A program made the position numbers and the translations under genes. Under the pieces are notes generated by a model. That model saw only the letters and a list, made by a program, of their open reading frames with translations, was not told where the DNA came from and made no database searches. Shown one piece after another: positions 53,563 to 66,607 of a stretch of DNA of 248,000 bases. The DNA is from Wallemia ichthyophaga EXF-994 (taxonomy: Eukaryota; Fungi; Basidiomycota), in assembly GCF_000400465.1 (NCBI RefSeq), contig NW_008806277.1, forward strand, positions 20,001 through 268,000, read 5' to 3'. Every line of letters starts with the position of its first letter. Positions within the stretch are counted from its first letter, which is position 1.

Positions 53563-54276
53563 ATGAACTGGGTCGGAATACTAAAGAAGATATTCAAGAT
53601 ATGCGTGAAGGAGATAGAGAAGCATCAGGAGCAGCAGAGTGAGCCAACTCCAGCACCCTCGCAGAAACCAACGGGAGAATACATACCGCCCAAGGAATCG
53701 CTCGGAGAGAAGCGGATTAACGGTCAAGCAGCAGAGCAGTACTGGATGTCTCAGCCCGAGTACACGGAACTCCGCGACCGCGCCAACGCAGAAGGCGACA
53801 AGATGGGCAGGTGTTTCGACGCAGCCAGCAGTGCATACACCAGTGGTGACGGCGGTAGAGCTAAAGAGCTTAGCAACGAGGGCAAGGAGCATAAGAAGGA
53901 GCGCAGTCGCATTAACAAACAAGCCGCAGATTGGATCTTCGAGAAAAACAACCTCGATAACCGCCGCGATGAGGTCGATCTGCATGGCTTGTATGTTAAA
54001 GAGGCCATGGGGAAGGTGGAGGAAGCCATCGCCAATGCTCGCGTTTCTAATATCAACCCGCTCAAAGTCGTCGTCGGGCGCGGCACCCACTCTAAAAATC
54101 ATGTCTCAAAGATGAAGCCGGCGATTGAAGGTATGATGCGCAAAGAGAATCTGAGATGCAGAGTAGATCCAACCAACGCTGGCCAGCTGCTCGTATATCT
54201 CGATGGTCAGGGTGATGGAACGGATAATGCTGAGGACGTTGCCAAGGACACGGAGGATGCTTGTGTTATTATGTGA
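53563..54276 (+). CDS. DUF1771 + Smr domain protein
   Basis: DLHGLYVKEA, VVVGRGTHS. Confidence 0.88.
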   Translation: MNWVGILKKIFKICVKEIEKHQEQQSEPTPAPSQKPTGEYIPPKESLGEKRINGQAAEQYWMSQPEYTELRDRANAEGDKMGRCFDAASSAYTSGDGGRAKELSNEGKEHKKERSRINKQAADWIFEKNNLDNRRDEVDLHGLYVKEAMGKVEEAIANARVSNINPLKVVVGRGTHSKNHVSKMKPAIEGMMRKENLRCRVDPTNAGQLLVYLDGQGDGTDNAEDVAKDTEDACVIM

Positions 54277-54300
54277 TGTACACACCTATGTAATGTTATT

Positions 54301-55173
54301 CTACCTGCTATAGAAATTAATAACACCATCACTCCCACTGCTAACCATTTCCTCGCGTGTGGGGTGGTGGTCGACGTAAAGCACCGCCTTCTCGTGTGAC
54401 TTGTGCTGTGATACTATTCTACTCTCCAGCATATCCCATACGAGTAGTCTGCCATCCTCGCTGGTGCTGATGACAGACGAGTCACCAAGCCCGAAAGTAG
54501 AAACCGCTTTGAACTTCTCAGCGGCGTGACCGGAGAACGTAGCGAGGAGTTCTCCCGTCGCCGTATCTAGCAACCGCACTTTATTATCCAGCGTAGAGAC
54601 GAGGATGGCGGAGTTATCCGATGTAGGTTTAACAGAAGTGACGGCGTGATCGAGGTAATCCTGACGGAGCTGTCCAGCTCTAAGATCGTAAGTGCGCACA
54701 AAGCCATCTACGCTAGCAGAGTAAACGATGGAGCCACTGACACACACATCCACCACGCTATCCGAAGCATCGTCAAGTATCTGCAGAGGGAGACGCTGTC
54801 TAGCACGCATATCCCATATGCGCACCGTAGAGTCAAACGAGCCAGACAGTAGCACTGAGGCATCGCCGTTGAATGCCACCGTGTTCACTTTGCTGTCGTG
54901 TCCAACGCACCTGCGTACTGTCGCGCCCGCTTGCACATCCCATACAAATACACTCTTGTCTCCCCCGCAGCTGGCGAAATGGGTGTTGTCGGGCGTTATG
55001 CTCAACCCAAGCACCTCGTAGCCGTGCCCGTTGTACGCCTTCACTTGGCTCGCCGTGTGCGGATTCCATAGTCGTATACTGCGATCTCGCCCTCCACTTA
55101 GGCAATACCGCCCCGCATTGTTGTTGAACTTTACTACATTCACGGGCCCGCTGTGGCCGAGAAGTTGCGTCAT
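54301..55173 (-). CDS. WD40 protein WDR83/MORG1
   Basis: RYCLSGGRDRSIRLWNP, ASCGGDK. Confidence 0.85.
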   Translation of the reverse strand: MTQLLGHSGPVNVVKFNNNAGRYCLSGGRDRSIRLWNPHTASQVKAYNGHGYEVLGLSITPDNTHFASCGGDKSVFVWDVQAGATVRRCVGHDSKVNTVAFNGDASVLLSGSFDSTVRIWDMRARQRLPLQILDDASDSVVDVCVSGSIVYSASVDGFVRTYDLRAGQLRQDYLDHAVTSVKPTSDNSAILVSTLDNKVRLLDTATGELLATFSGHAAEKFKAVSTFGLGDSSVISTSEDGRLLVWDMLESRIVSQHKSHEKAVLYVDHHPTREEMVSSGSDGVINFYSR

Positions 55174-55372
55174 GGTTGTTCGGTTTAGATTACAGTGTGT
55201 ATCGTATAAGTTATTAAATACAAATGATTAAAGTATAATTACCTGCTTATACTCCGCTATGTAGTGTAGGTATGAGTTTACTAGAAATTGAAATGAGCGT
55301 GGTGTTTGTGGGGTTGCTGCTTCTGTGCGTATGAGCAGCTATGAATACATAAATGAGCGCGTTTGTTTGTGT

Positions 55373-56485
55373 CTATCTAACTATCTCCTGCGCTGATCCC
55401 TTCCTCCTAATCAGTTTATTGAATATTCTGTTGTTGTAAAAATGTGAAGATTTTGTGATCTTACTCGCGACTGCTGGGTGTTTCAATTCGAGTGGTGTCT
55501 CTGGTGGACTAGCTAGGGCCATCAATGAAGGTATGTTCTGTGTCTGGAGTGGGTGATGTGGGTGATTAGAGTGAGTGTGGTAAGAGTGCTGTTGCTGCTG
55601 CGAGTGATATGTTTGCTGTTGATTCAGCGGACTAAGTGAGATATTCCCGCGTGGACGAAGCGTTGGCTGTGATCTTTGTTGACGAAGTTGGTGGTGTTTG
55701 CGTATTGCCGATGGGGATGGGTACGCGGGGATATTGTGTAAGTTGTGGTAGAACATAGGTGGTGGCTGTAGTGGCTGGTATTGCTGATATGGAAGCATCA
55801 TCTGTGCAGGCATCTGTGGCATTTGCGAGATGGGAGAGATGGGAGCCATTCCAGCCATTCCAGCCATGTTTACTGGAGGCGCCCTAATTAACGGACCAAA
55901 CTCCCTGACAATGTCTTGATGAGTTATATTCAATTCAAAATTCAAAAAGGACAGCAGCTGCCTCTCCATCAAGTTAACCTCTGCCACACTAAACAACCTA
56001 GCGTGTCTAGCCCAGTGCTTGTTCTTAGGGCTGCTGTCATTAAGAAATTTTGAAGCGACTATCAAAGCAGCCAAGAATACTCTATGTCTGGTGCAAGACA
56101 TGCCTTTAGCAACGGGTGGAAGCTTGAGCCTAAGTCTATCCAAGTAAACGAGGGTAGAAATGAGAGTTGGAACTTGGACATTTGATTGGTCAACCAGAGT
56201 TGCGATAAAGCATTCCAAACTGGGCAAGGTAGATGATTGAGCGAGTAAATCATCTGTCAAAGACAAATTGGGCAATTCAGCAGCATCTTTTGTTGGCGTA
56301 GCAGGTGGTGTGAGTACTGATTCATATCCATTCTTCCCCCCAGCCGATAACAAGCTATCCGTTGTCTTCTTTGCGAGGTAGGTGATCATTGAGGGCGTAA
56401 CGGGTGAGTAAACAAATTCCAATAACTCCTTTTCATGCTTAAAGAAGCTTAATTGACTAAACGGGCACTTCCTATCAATCTTCAT
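55373..56485 (-). CDS. Pcl1/Pcl2-family G1 cyclin
   Basis: [34 protein letters not shown]. Confidence 0.9.
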   Translation of the reverse strand: MKIDRKCPFSQLSFFKHEKELLEFVYSPVTPSMITYLAKKTTDSLLSAGGKNGYESVLTPPATPTKDAAELPNLSLTDDLLAQSSTLPSLECFIATLVDQSNVQVPTLISTLVYLDRLRLKLPPVAKGMSCTRHRVFLAALIVASKFLNDSSPKNKHWARHARLFSVAEVNLMERQLLSFLNFELNITHQDIVREFGPLIRAPPVNMAGMAGMAPISPISQMPQMPAQMMLPYQQYQPLQPPPMFYHNLHNIPAYPSPSAIRKHHQLRQQRSQPTLRPRGNISLSPLNQQQTYHSQQQQHSYHTHSNHPHHPLQTQNIPSLMALASPPETPLELKHPAVASKITKSSHFYNNRIFNKLIRRKGSAQEIVR

Positions 56486-56755
56486 TGTTACGTTCCAACT
56501 TTTTCACTTATTCTCAATAAGGAAGGTCTTTCACTTTGAGCTTGTGGACGTTCTCAACTAAGAAATATTTCATCTTCTCATTTTATATTCCATTTGTACC
56601 TTATGATTGATTTGTTGACATGCTTTCAACCTGCTTCGCCGTCAACTTTATTAAGACCTAGGGTTGGCAAAAATTTTTATTTTCTTGTGTCTTTTGAGAT
56701 GAGGAGGGGGCATATCCGTAGGGAGCTTGAGCATCCCTTTCAAACCACCTTTCAA

Positions 56756-56761
56756 ACGCGT
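56756..56761. promoter_or_regulatory. MCB-like element ACGCGT upstream of Pcl cyclin
   Basis: Exact hexamer in promoter interval. Confidence 0.35.
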
Positions 56762-57212
56762 AAAATTCTAACTTTTCGTCGAGATATGCACGTCATTGCG
56801 TAATAGTAAACAAGGGCGGGAAAGGCGAGAATACATGCAAGCAATACATCTAGTACAAGCACTGCACTCCCGCACAAAACCCACCCTCTATCCTCACAAA
56901 TCAGTCAAATACCTCAATTTACGTCACCAAATGTCTAATTCATATCTCATCGGGCTCAATTTCATAAAACAGCTGTCAGATCTATTTTGTCTTTTTGGGT
57001 GAAATATGAATATTTTCAGCCTTTTCCGCTCATTTGGCTACAAATTCTGACGTCTTGAACCGGCCAACGTATAGTCCGCAGGGAGGGGCAGCAGACAGCG
57101 CGTAGACTACAATATATTAGTATATCGCACACAAACACACAATATATCACATTGGACAGCGACAACACGCAGCACAGCTCATCACAGCACACACCCCAAT
57201 GCACCCAACCCC

Positions 57213-57905
57213 ATGCCCAATATCAGCGTAAGAGAACGAATAAGCGCTTTGGAGCAGCAGCACCGGCCGAGCACAAGCGAAGGCGTCGCCGATGCCCATC
57301 GAAGGATATCCAGCAATTCCACAAGCATGAATGTGAAGCAGCGCGCGAGTTATTTCCAGGGCGAGGAGAGTAGAAGTAGGAGTAGGAGTAGCGGCAGCGA
57401 CAGTGCTGGTGGTACTAGCAATGACACCACGAGCAGCAACACGGGCAACGCATCCACTCCACCCTCCACCAATCCACCTTCCTCTCCCCGCATCGACAGC
57501 AGCAGCGTGCAGGTGGAGAGTGGCAGTGTGGGCAGCGCCGATAACAGCATACATACACCTACTCCCGCCTCACCCGCTTTCACAGCCACCACTGACGTCC
57601 ATTATCAGGTCCCTGAGCTCGTCGAAACGGACTTGGAACACAACCAGGAAATAATCCAGCTGCTGAGAAACGACAAACAGCTGTCTTTTGCACATGAGAC
57701 TCAGACACATGCACACCCTCAGTCTCGTACGGACGTTCTTCAGGCTACACACGACCTAGCAAACCTCAGTACATCCTTCGACGGTGAAGTTGGTGAGCTG
57801 GACGGCGTTCTTGATGCGGATAGCAGTATTAGCAGTGCTAGCAATCGTGATAGTGAACTGGAAGCAGATACTGAGGCTGGCTGGGTGACAGTCATCACAA
57901 CATAA
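57213..57905 (+). CDS. Hypothetical low-complexity protein
   Basis: 230-aa ORF. Confidence 0.45.
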   Translation: MPNISVRERISALEQQHRPSTSEGVADAHRRISSNSTSMNVKQRASYFQGEESRSRSRSSGSDSAGGTSNDTTSSNTGNASTPPSTNPPSSPRIDSSSVQVESGSVGSADNSIHTPTPASPAFTATTDVHYQVPELVETDLEHNQEIIQLLRNDKQLSFAHETQTHAHPQSRTDVLQATHDLANLSTSFDGEVGELDGVLDADSSISSASNRDSELEADTEAGWVTVITT

Positions 57906-58078
57906 CCATGACTGAATATGTCTTATTATATGGATACCTAGTCAAAATAATACACGCAGTTTATCAGTAGAATCAGTAGACAGCAGGTAGCTTGAAGTAC
58001 CTATTATAATCCATTTTCCTATTTTGTTTCTAGTTTCATTTGAATTCTAATTTGAGTTCCCATTGGCCTTCACTCCAC

Positions 58079-59793
58079 CTAATCACTCACCATCTGTGGG
58101 TTGGATTCGCGGGTGATAGTGAGTATATGATCGCCAATAGCACGTGCATCGAATCCTGCCTCACAGTAAGTAAAGTAGTAAACCCACTTGCGTCTAAACA
58201 CCTCGATCGCCTCATCCGACAATCCTTTATGTTCGAGTGCGAGATGATGGCGAATTTGTGTATCGAACGACGCCTCGAAAGCCCTGCGCCAATCGCGAAG
58301 AGTGCGAGAGTAATGAGGGCCTATCTGCACAACATTATCGACCACCAGCTTTCCTTTGGTGCCCTCCAAGAGTGTATCAAAGAGGGCTGTGAGACTAGGC
58401 AGAACGCCACCCGGGAAAATATACTTGCGAATGAAATCGACATTCTTAACGTAAGCCCCGAAACGACCTTCGGGGATGGTAATAGCCTGGATGACGGCGA
58501 TGCCGTTGTCATTGAGTGCCCAATCAAGGCAATCGAAGTAACGGGCCAGGTACTCTATACCCACAGCTTCGATCATTTCAATCGATACGACACGGTCGAA
58601 ATTTGCGTGCCAACTCTGTGGCATGTTTCTATAATCGCAGAGATGCACCCTGATGCGATTACTCAGTCCAGCATCACTGATACGTTGCTCGGCGAGCTCT
58701 TTCTGCGCTGTGCTCAGAGTGAGTGTGTCGACTATTAGACTCGGGTAAAGCTTGCACGCCTCGATCGCAAACGATCCCCACCCACTGCCTATTTCTAGCA
58801 AACGCATGTTGGGGAGAATGCTAGTTTTGTGTATGATTGTGTGCAGCTTTCGCAGCTGCGCAGCGTGCAGATCATCACCCTCATTCACTGCATCCCCATT
58901 AGCCAGTGTGCGGCCGTTGTTGTTTAGTTTCAGTTTGTGTGTTTTCTGTTTTTTCTTCGAGTTGCTGGTTGTGCTGCCGTTATTGGTGGTGCTACCGTTG
59001 CTGCCATTGCTCCCAGTAAGCGCCAACGCCACCTCCGTATCTGCCTTGGGATCCTCGTAGATACCGCAGCTGTATGTCATATCGGGGGAGAGGAAGCTGG
59101 TGAACATGTCGTTTGAGATATCGTAGTGAGCTGAGATATTGCGACGCGTGTTCGTTATGCTGTTTGCGAAACGCGTGTTGAGAGCATACGCCAGCCAGCT
59201 ATACAGATAAGAAGGCAGAGTCGACATTTCAGCGAGGTGCTTGCGGTTAGCTATGAAAATCTATAAAAGGCGCGGTAAGCACACATCGACGCGCCTCGCA
59301 ACCCACGACACACCTTGAAGACGGAAGTGAGATCATCGACGTCTATATCGCCGAACATGTACGCCTCGCTGAAACCAACATCGTTCATTAGGAGTAGACG
59401 CACCCAGAAAGCGTGATTCTTTACTGTGATGGTGGCTTGTGGCTGTTTGCCCGGTTCCCCCTTTCCAAATACCACAGCACCCTCATCACCGAGTACAACC
59501 AGCCTCCCAATCTCGATTCGCTGAAAGTACGACACAATCAACTGACGTGAAATCGCTGTCACTGGCCCAAACCCATAACCCAGAAATCCCTCTTTTACGC
59601 TGCCAAGTACCTTTTCTGCAGCTCGCAGCACACCACCGCTACCGACATTGCCACCGAAATCAATTTTTTCTCTCTCTACTCCCACTGTACTTTCCCTGAA
59701 TCCACCACGTCAGCTTATCCGCGGCGCTATCTTTCCATTCTCACATAACGGTAGTGATCGCCGAGTTCCGAAAGGCAATGACCGCGCACGCAT
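58079..59793 (-). CDS. Cyclopropane-fatty-acyl-phospholipid synthase-like methyltransferase
   Basis: NISAHYDISN, LEIGSGWG, IFPGG, HYSRTLRDW; start approximate. Confidence 0.9.
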
Positions 59794-59875
59794 GACAAAA
59801 GCGGAGGTACATTTATATTTACATTTATAGTGTCATCATATTCATCGCAATCATCGTAATCTATATTATATACCT

Positions 59876-61323
59876 TTACAACAACGTCGAATGTGTTCTA
59901 TCGCGGCATGTCTTGAGAAACTTTATCAATGATGTCCCTCCTGTACCTTTGATATCCGTATCGCGCGATTCCGGGACATTTGCTGAATTTGAGTCTGATT
60001 CTTTCTCTGCCTTGCGCGACTGCGTCACAACATACAGCGTAGCTATCTTGATATGTTCACTACGCAACTTCTTCATCGATTCTATCGCACCATTGTACGC
60101 AGATTGCAGGTCAGCATTATGCGACGTACCCACGACATCCCGGCAGCTCGGTTCGACACATTTGAGGTGATTAAGGAACCGCCTGTGATAGTCAGGCATG
60201 TACGTCTGCATTCTGCGCATAAAAGTGTCGTCGAAATCAGCTTCGTCGTCTACAGGAGCATGATTTACCCCCAGGAAGGCATCTATAGCGTGAATTAGTG
60301 ATGATTGCCCTGCAGATGGTCCGCCGTAGTCTCTATACACCCCCAGCGGGTCGACGCCTTCGTAATGCCACTTGCCCTCGCCATTTGGTCCGTTGAACCA
60401 TCGCCTTATGCTCGTGTAGAACACTTCGGGACTGCATTCTGCACGCACTGCGACGAGTATCTCTGTAAGCACATTTATTTGAGCGGCTAGATCAGTCAAC
60501 TGCCTGCACATCCTGGGAAACGACACCTGCGGTGATACGTCTGCCATAAACGCTTCATCGAGACATTGAGACATCCTCTCCAAACATAATCTCCCCTCTA
60601 CTTCAATATGCGCCGAAGTTAAGTAGAAGTGTTCTTCATCGCGGGATTGAGTGAAAGTCAAGGGTGCTCGGAGATTTCCACGTCTAAGGCCCTTTGATTT
60701 GTCAATGTACTCCCAGTTCCACAGTACTGTGGAGGCGTAGGTGAGGATCGGAGGTAGACCGAGAGCCAGAGCGGTGGTATGCCAAGGAATCGCGATGGAG
60801 CGTGGTATGATCTGTGTCGATTGCGTAGTCTGCTTCTTGTGCGCTGGCTGCGAGTGAACGAAGAAATGAGCGAGGAACGACAGCACAGTGTATGCTCTTC
60901 GAACCGAGCGGATACCGTCGGAAAGGATAGTAGGGGGCTCGAGTACAGACATCTAATCGGCAACGACGTTAGAAATGCTTACGCAAAACTCACACCACTC
61001 ACGCCACAGATGGCATTACGCCATGTATTCGAAACCTCGTTGTTAGCACCGTCTAGAAGAAGAGGGAGATTTTGGGCAGAATCCAACGCTAACTCCCATA
61101 TATCATAGCACTCAGATAACCTCCTCAAAGGCTCTTCTGGTGGGAGAAACGCGGATCTGGGATCGACGTCGAAATCGGCAGCGGCAAGCGTGGAGCAGTC
61201 CAAGCTTCCGGAGTAGGTGAGCGAGCGCTGCGATAGGAAATGCTGATGAGGTAATTTTGTATTGGAATTCATTTTGGCGGAGAGCGCTTCTTGATCCGTG
61301 GCCATCATCAGCGATCTTGACAT
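59876..61323 (-). CDS. BNA2: Indoleamine 2,3-dioxygenase
   Basis: GPSAGQSSL, YMPDYHRRFL, GTGGT. Confidence 0.92.
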
Positions 61324-61388
61324 CTTGAAAGAAGGAGATCAAGAGGGGAATTATATAAACAAACAAGTAAATTATAATACTAAAAAAA

Positions 61389-64300
61389 ATGTATTGGCGA
61401 TTAGGATTCGGGGTTAATAAAGAGATTGATCAGATACTCGATAACCATAACGTCGAGCTTGAAGAGATCCTACAAGAAGATTCCGTCGTACACGAATCTA
61501 AATCTCATAATTACAGACTGATAGAGTATTTGACACTGCCGCATAACCTCAGAAAGCTTCTAAGCTACTCTATTGGCAAGGCAACAGTTGATGACGACAG
61601 GAATAAGCTGAGGTGGGTCTTTTAATACTTTAAACTCTTCAATCATCTCAATTCACCTCATTCATTTAAGATTCCCGTACGTGGCCACCGAGATATTGTC
61701 CAGTGATATTCCTGCGATACACAATACTCTACTAGAGCCTTCAAATCGCAACGAGTACATACAGCCATTCTGGGATTTTATTATCAACAAGTCCACCCAA
61801 GAGTTGAATGATTTAAACCCCTTTGTCGGCTATTGGGGAAAAATATTGGCAAAATTGTTAGACACTAAGTCAGATCAAGTGGTTGAATTCCTCAAAGCTC
61901 AACCATCTCCTATAGATTCGTTCCTCAAACACATTGAAACTCCCGTTATCGGTGATTTACTATTTAGATTAATTGTCTCTGATCACCATAACTCATCTCT
62001 CATTGAGTTTTTCACTCAATCAGATTTCATACCAAAATTATCAAATATTCTCTCTTCAGAATACTCAAAAGATGCTCATTTAGCTGTTTCTGACTTGATG
62101 AAAACTGTCATCACATTCTCTGCACCTTCTCCGCCTGCAGCCAATGGTGATAATCAAATTTATATTTCAAACAACTTGGCAAGACAGCTTGCAAGTGATG
62201 ACCTGGTTAATAAGCTTATCAATTTTATCCTAGATGACGTTCCAGTTGGCAACAAAGTCGATAGCGGCGACATATCCACAAATCACCTTCCTGATTCTAT
62301 TAATGACTCGAGTAATGAACCCAATAATGAGAAACTTGCATCAGTTACTTCTTCACTCATCTCCATCTTATCCATTTATATAGAACTCATTAGAAAAAAC
62401 AATGCTGATTTCAGCGAACCGCATTTATTCCACACACTTAGAAACAAACTCATTACCATACAACAATCTCAGCATCAAGAGTCTATCAACAGCCTCAACG
62501 AAGATGATACTAGTAGCGTGAGTAACATGAGTAACCTCAACGACGAACAGTTGTCTAAAAAGGAAGAAGAAAAGGAACAGTCTGACAAAGACACATTAGA
62601 GGAAGCAATGAATCAAATGTCTCAATCTATCGGTATAGTACATTTAGGCTCGATATTGAAGGCTTTCACGAATAGATTGTCAGACTTTCAGAGCCTGCTC
62701 AATCATCCGCGCAGCTACAAAGGCATGATCATGTCTTCAACTGGCCCTATCAAGCCTCTAACATTTGAGAGGTTCAGGATATGTGAACTTTATGCTGAGT
62801 TGCTCCATTGTTCGAATATGGCCATCTTCAATAGACCAGCGTTTAACGGTCCACACTATGACGGCTACGGGAGGCTGATTGGTGGACTGGAAGCATTAAC
62901 ACAGCTATCGCGAGCACTGTCAGATAGCGAGGAAACGGACGAAAATGAGGAAATGGAAGAGATACCCGTAGACGCACCTCATTCAGACTCCACTCATTCG
63001 GACTCTACACATCCACACACACCCCATACAGCAGAACGCTCTGAGAATACTCAACAACTACCACAATCAACGTCTAGTTTGTCCATACCTCACGCTCACA
63101 CTGACGATAACCAATCGACGCAACTCACTACAGGGGAGAGTCTTAAGAAAGCGTTGATAAACAACGGAATTCTTAAAACGCTCACAGACCTCTTTTTCGA
63201 GTACGCTAGCAATCCATTTCTGCACAACGTAGTCTACGACGTGATACTGCAGGTGCTGAATGCACCGTTGGAGCGTGGACTAAATATGGAAGTCGCAGTG
63301 TCTCTTTTTAACGATGCTCGCCTAATAGAGAAACTGTTGATTGGGCATGGCAAGGTGAAGGAGAGCGTTGAGAGGAAGACACCGACACCCGGCTACTCAG
63401 GACATGTGATGCTCATAGCGGATGAATGTCAGAAAGTGTTTGAAAAACACGACACGCTCTATGAACGCATCAAGACGTCCTTCCCACAAGACGAATGGGA
63501 CGCGTTTGTGCAAGGACCACTAAGAACTGTACAGAATCTGGAGAAGGAGCCGTTAGGAGGTATACGTCCGGATACTAACCCATTTGGTCAGTATGGTAAG
63601 GTTGAAGGAGACCAGGACGACAGTGATAGTGATGATGATATCGGTTTCATGAGTGCTGGATTCGGAAGCAGCTATCGAAGCCTGAGTGGACAGTCGCATG
63701 CCAATATCAATTTCGACGAGGATGACGATGACGATGACTCTTTCTTCAGCTCGTTTAGCTTCAAAGGTGCGCATCCGCAGTCGCAGTCGCAGTCGCAGTC
63801 GCAATCGCTGGATGAGGATGATATGAATGAAGTGGCTGGTGGAGGTGCACAAGTGAGTTCTTTACTTTTTTTTTGCTAAACAAAGATTGCTAAGCTTGGT
63901 ATAGCTCAGCAACTTTATGAACACAGATGACGATGAGTTTGGTGATTTCACCCAGGGCGGTATGGATGACGTCGATCCGTTCGGTATGCCGCACTGCAGC
64001 AGCTCTGGTAATCCATTCGGCGACAATTTTGCGCCTGCAGCTACACAAAACCTTACACCAGCAGACTGGTCGCGGGACTTTAAGGAGAGTGTAGACAGCG
64101 AAGGAGAAGGAGCTGCAGACATAGTCAGCACTATCACTATCCCTGATTTCGACGACGACGAACACACGGAACACTCAGAACACATGGAGGAAATGGATCA
64201 CCCAGAGCACTCGCAACACACTCAGAACATCAATGATGCCATTAAAGGTCTTAAGATAGGCAAAGTAGTTGATGAGCGCGAGGCGTCGTCGCAAGCTGAC

Positions 64301-64450
64301 CTCGACACTGGGGCGCCTCTAGGACCTGGCTCTAACGCGGCGGCGGAAGTGACGGACGAGTGTGTCAAGCGCGAAGTGGACGGCGTCGTAGTTGAGGCGC
64401 CGAAAGACGACATGGTGCTGATAGCCGAGGACAGTGCAAAGACGGAATGA
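61389..64450 (+). CDS. Sit4-associated protein (SAPS/PP6R)
   Basis: RFRICELYAELLHCSN, GYSGHVMLIA. Confidence 0.88.
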
Positions 64451-64520
64451 GACGGGAGTATTGTAATATAAAATGTATACAAGATTCTGTGATAATCGGT
64501 AGTTGCCTTGACTAACAACC

Positions 64521-65360
64521 ATGACTTCAATATTTAAAGGCGCGACCCGGAGCAGCAACTCTGCGAATTCTATTAAGTCTATCAACTCGCTTCCACGCGC
64601 ACTTACCACCATCCCCACCAACACACCACGCCAGCGGCGCACAATCACCACATCTGCATTCATACTAGGCACGTCATGCGCACTAATCGGAGGATATGCG
64701 ATGGGTGCGCTGCGACCGCCGCACGCTCTCGCAATGCTCTACCCCGCACCTGCTCCTGGGCCGCCGTCGCCGCTGAGCGATGCTGGCCAATCGCACACGC
64801 TAGCGCTAGAAAAGGAGATACACCAACTGGCGCATGTTCAGGCCTTGAAGAGCGATAGTGATTGGTATGAGTCCCGTCCCTATGCAGCGATGGAGCAGAA
64901 CCGGGTAATAAACACACTCACAGCCGGCGCTCTCCGTTCACCGGGCCGGTTGGCTATAGCGCCGCTGGTACACGCACGTCACGATGACAGCGAGGCTGTG
65001 GTCACCCTCCATGTCGGCCGCGGGGTCTGCGGGCATGACGGTATCGTGCATGGCGGCCTAATCGCAACGCTGTTCGACGAAAGCCTCGCAAGAACTGCCC
65101 TTCTCTCGCTGCCGGGCAAGACTGGCGTAACTGCTACCCTCAATATCAGCTATAGAGTGCCCGTCAAGGCGGACCAGTTCGTCGTTATTAGGAGCACGCT
65201 CGAAAAGAGGGACGGCAGGAAGGCTTTTGTTAAGGCTGAGCTCTCGGATTTGTCAGGAAAGGCGCACGCTCAGGCTAATGCCCTCTTCATCGAGCCTAGG
65301 TGGTCCTTCTTGGCGGATAAAAAGAATATCAGGAAAGCGTTAGGCACAGAGAAGGCCTAG
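64521..65360 (+). CDS. PaaI/THEM4-type thioesterase
   Basis: CGHDGIVHGGLIATLFDE. Confidence 0.88.
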   Translation: MTSIFKGATRSSNSANSIKSINSLPRALTTIPTNTPRQRRTITTSAFILGTSCALIGGYAMGALRPPHALAMLYPAPAPGPPSPLSDAGQSHTLALEKEIHQLAHVQALKSDSDWYESRPYAAMEQNRVINTLTAGALRSPGRLAIAPLVHARHDDSEAVVTLHVGRGVCGHDGIVHGGLIATLFDESLARTALLSLPGKTGVTATLNISYRVPVKADQFVVIRSTLEKRDGRKAFVKAELSDLSGKAHAQANALFIEPRWSFLADKKNIRKALGTEKA

Positions 65361-65725
65361 ATTAGTGTAGTTTTGGATTAGATTACGTGTTGCTCTTTTT
65401 TTTTGTTCATGCTTGCATATGTTGATGCTGATACTGGGCTGTATGCCTTTGATGTATGTATGCGTGCCTTTGATGTTTGGCTAGCTGTAGCGCTTCTTGC
65501 AGATTCTTTGAGCCATCATCAACCATCTTCTTTTTCGATTCTTGCAAATGACGAAGGTCTCAGAATTCAATGATATATATTAACGCCAACACAATAGAGA
65601 AAAGGAGCTCTTTTGATAAGTAAAACAAATCAAAGCTAGCACTTGAGCTTCCAGAAGAGTGAAAATATTCACGTGTGTATAAACCTTAATTGAAACATAT
65701 CTTTCACAGCTGCAACGACGATTCA

Positions 65726-66430
65726 ATGAATCTTCAATATCTACCACACGACATTATTGTTGAGATACTCAGCCACCTCAAAGAAGACGAGCATTATACG
65801 TTGCGATCGCTTTGCAGTGGTTTCCACAAGGCATTTCCATCGTCGGAAGAGCTGCTTCTCATAGAGCCAGCCTCCATGACCTGCTAGGACTCCCTCGACA
65901 ATACACGTCAAAATTTCCATAACAAAGTATCGAATGTAAAAGCGGAAAACTTCATTAGCTTGTTAAACAACGTCATTGAGAATCCATCTATCGAATATAA
66001 TAATGTATGTTACCTGAATTGATATAACAACCTTCACTGATAATTATACTAGATCTGCAACTATCAATTTCAACTTACACGAGAATGGTCCTTACAAGAA
66101 AATAGTGAAACTTTTGTCTCTACTTCCAAATTTGTGCAGACTCAAGATGATAACCGCAAAAATGTCGCTGAAAGCTCTGGATTTTCCACTTTGCTTCCAA
66201 AAATTGGAATTGATCTACATTTGGAATCCAGTCATGATGTCAAGTTGGGGGAATCTCCTTCCCAACTCTGAAATGGATTTGCTACGATGATAGGAAATTA
66301 AAAGTAGATAGTTTGAACATAACAGAGCTGGAACAGAGACTAGCAGTCACTTACAAGAATTCCTTACGGTTTCCTAATCGGTCTCTTAATCAAGAAGCTC
66401 GACCAATGCATGATGATTATAAAGCTAACT
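65726..66430 (+). pseudogene. Decayed F-box/LRR-like gene
   Basis: LQYLPHDIIVEILSHL F-box start, in-frame TAG at 65885, frameshift near 66100. Confidence 0.45.
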
Positions 66431-66607
66431 ACTAGTTCCATATGTCCATTTTATCACACATGCTGATTATACCAAAGGACTTTTGCTGCATTCTGATCAT
66501 GGTGATAGTCCTATCAACTTGTAAAGCAACCGTTGCATATCTTTAGTAAATTAATTGTAATCCCAATAATCTTAAAACAAAAACTAAACATATGAAAAAT
66601 GAACTAG

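Noticed and set aside
63778-63806. Recurring QSQSQS tracts in several proteins
   Set aside because: Ordinary hexanucleotide slippage in disordered regions.
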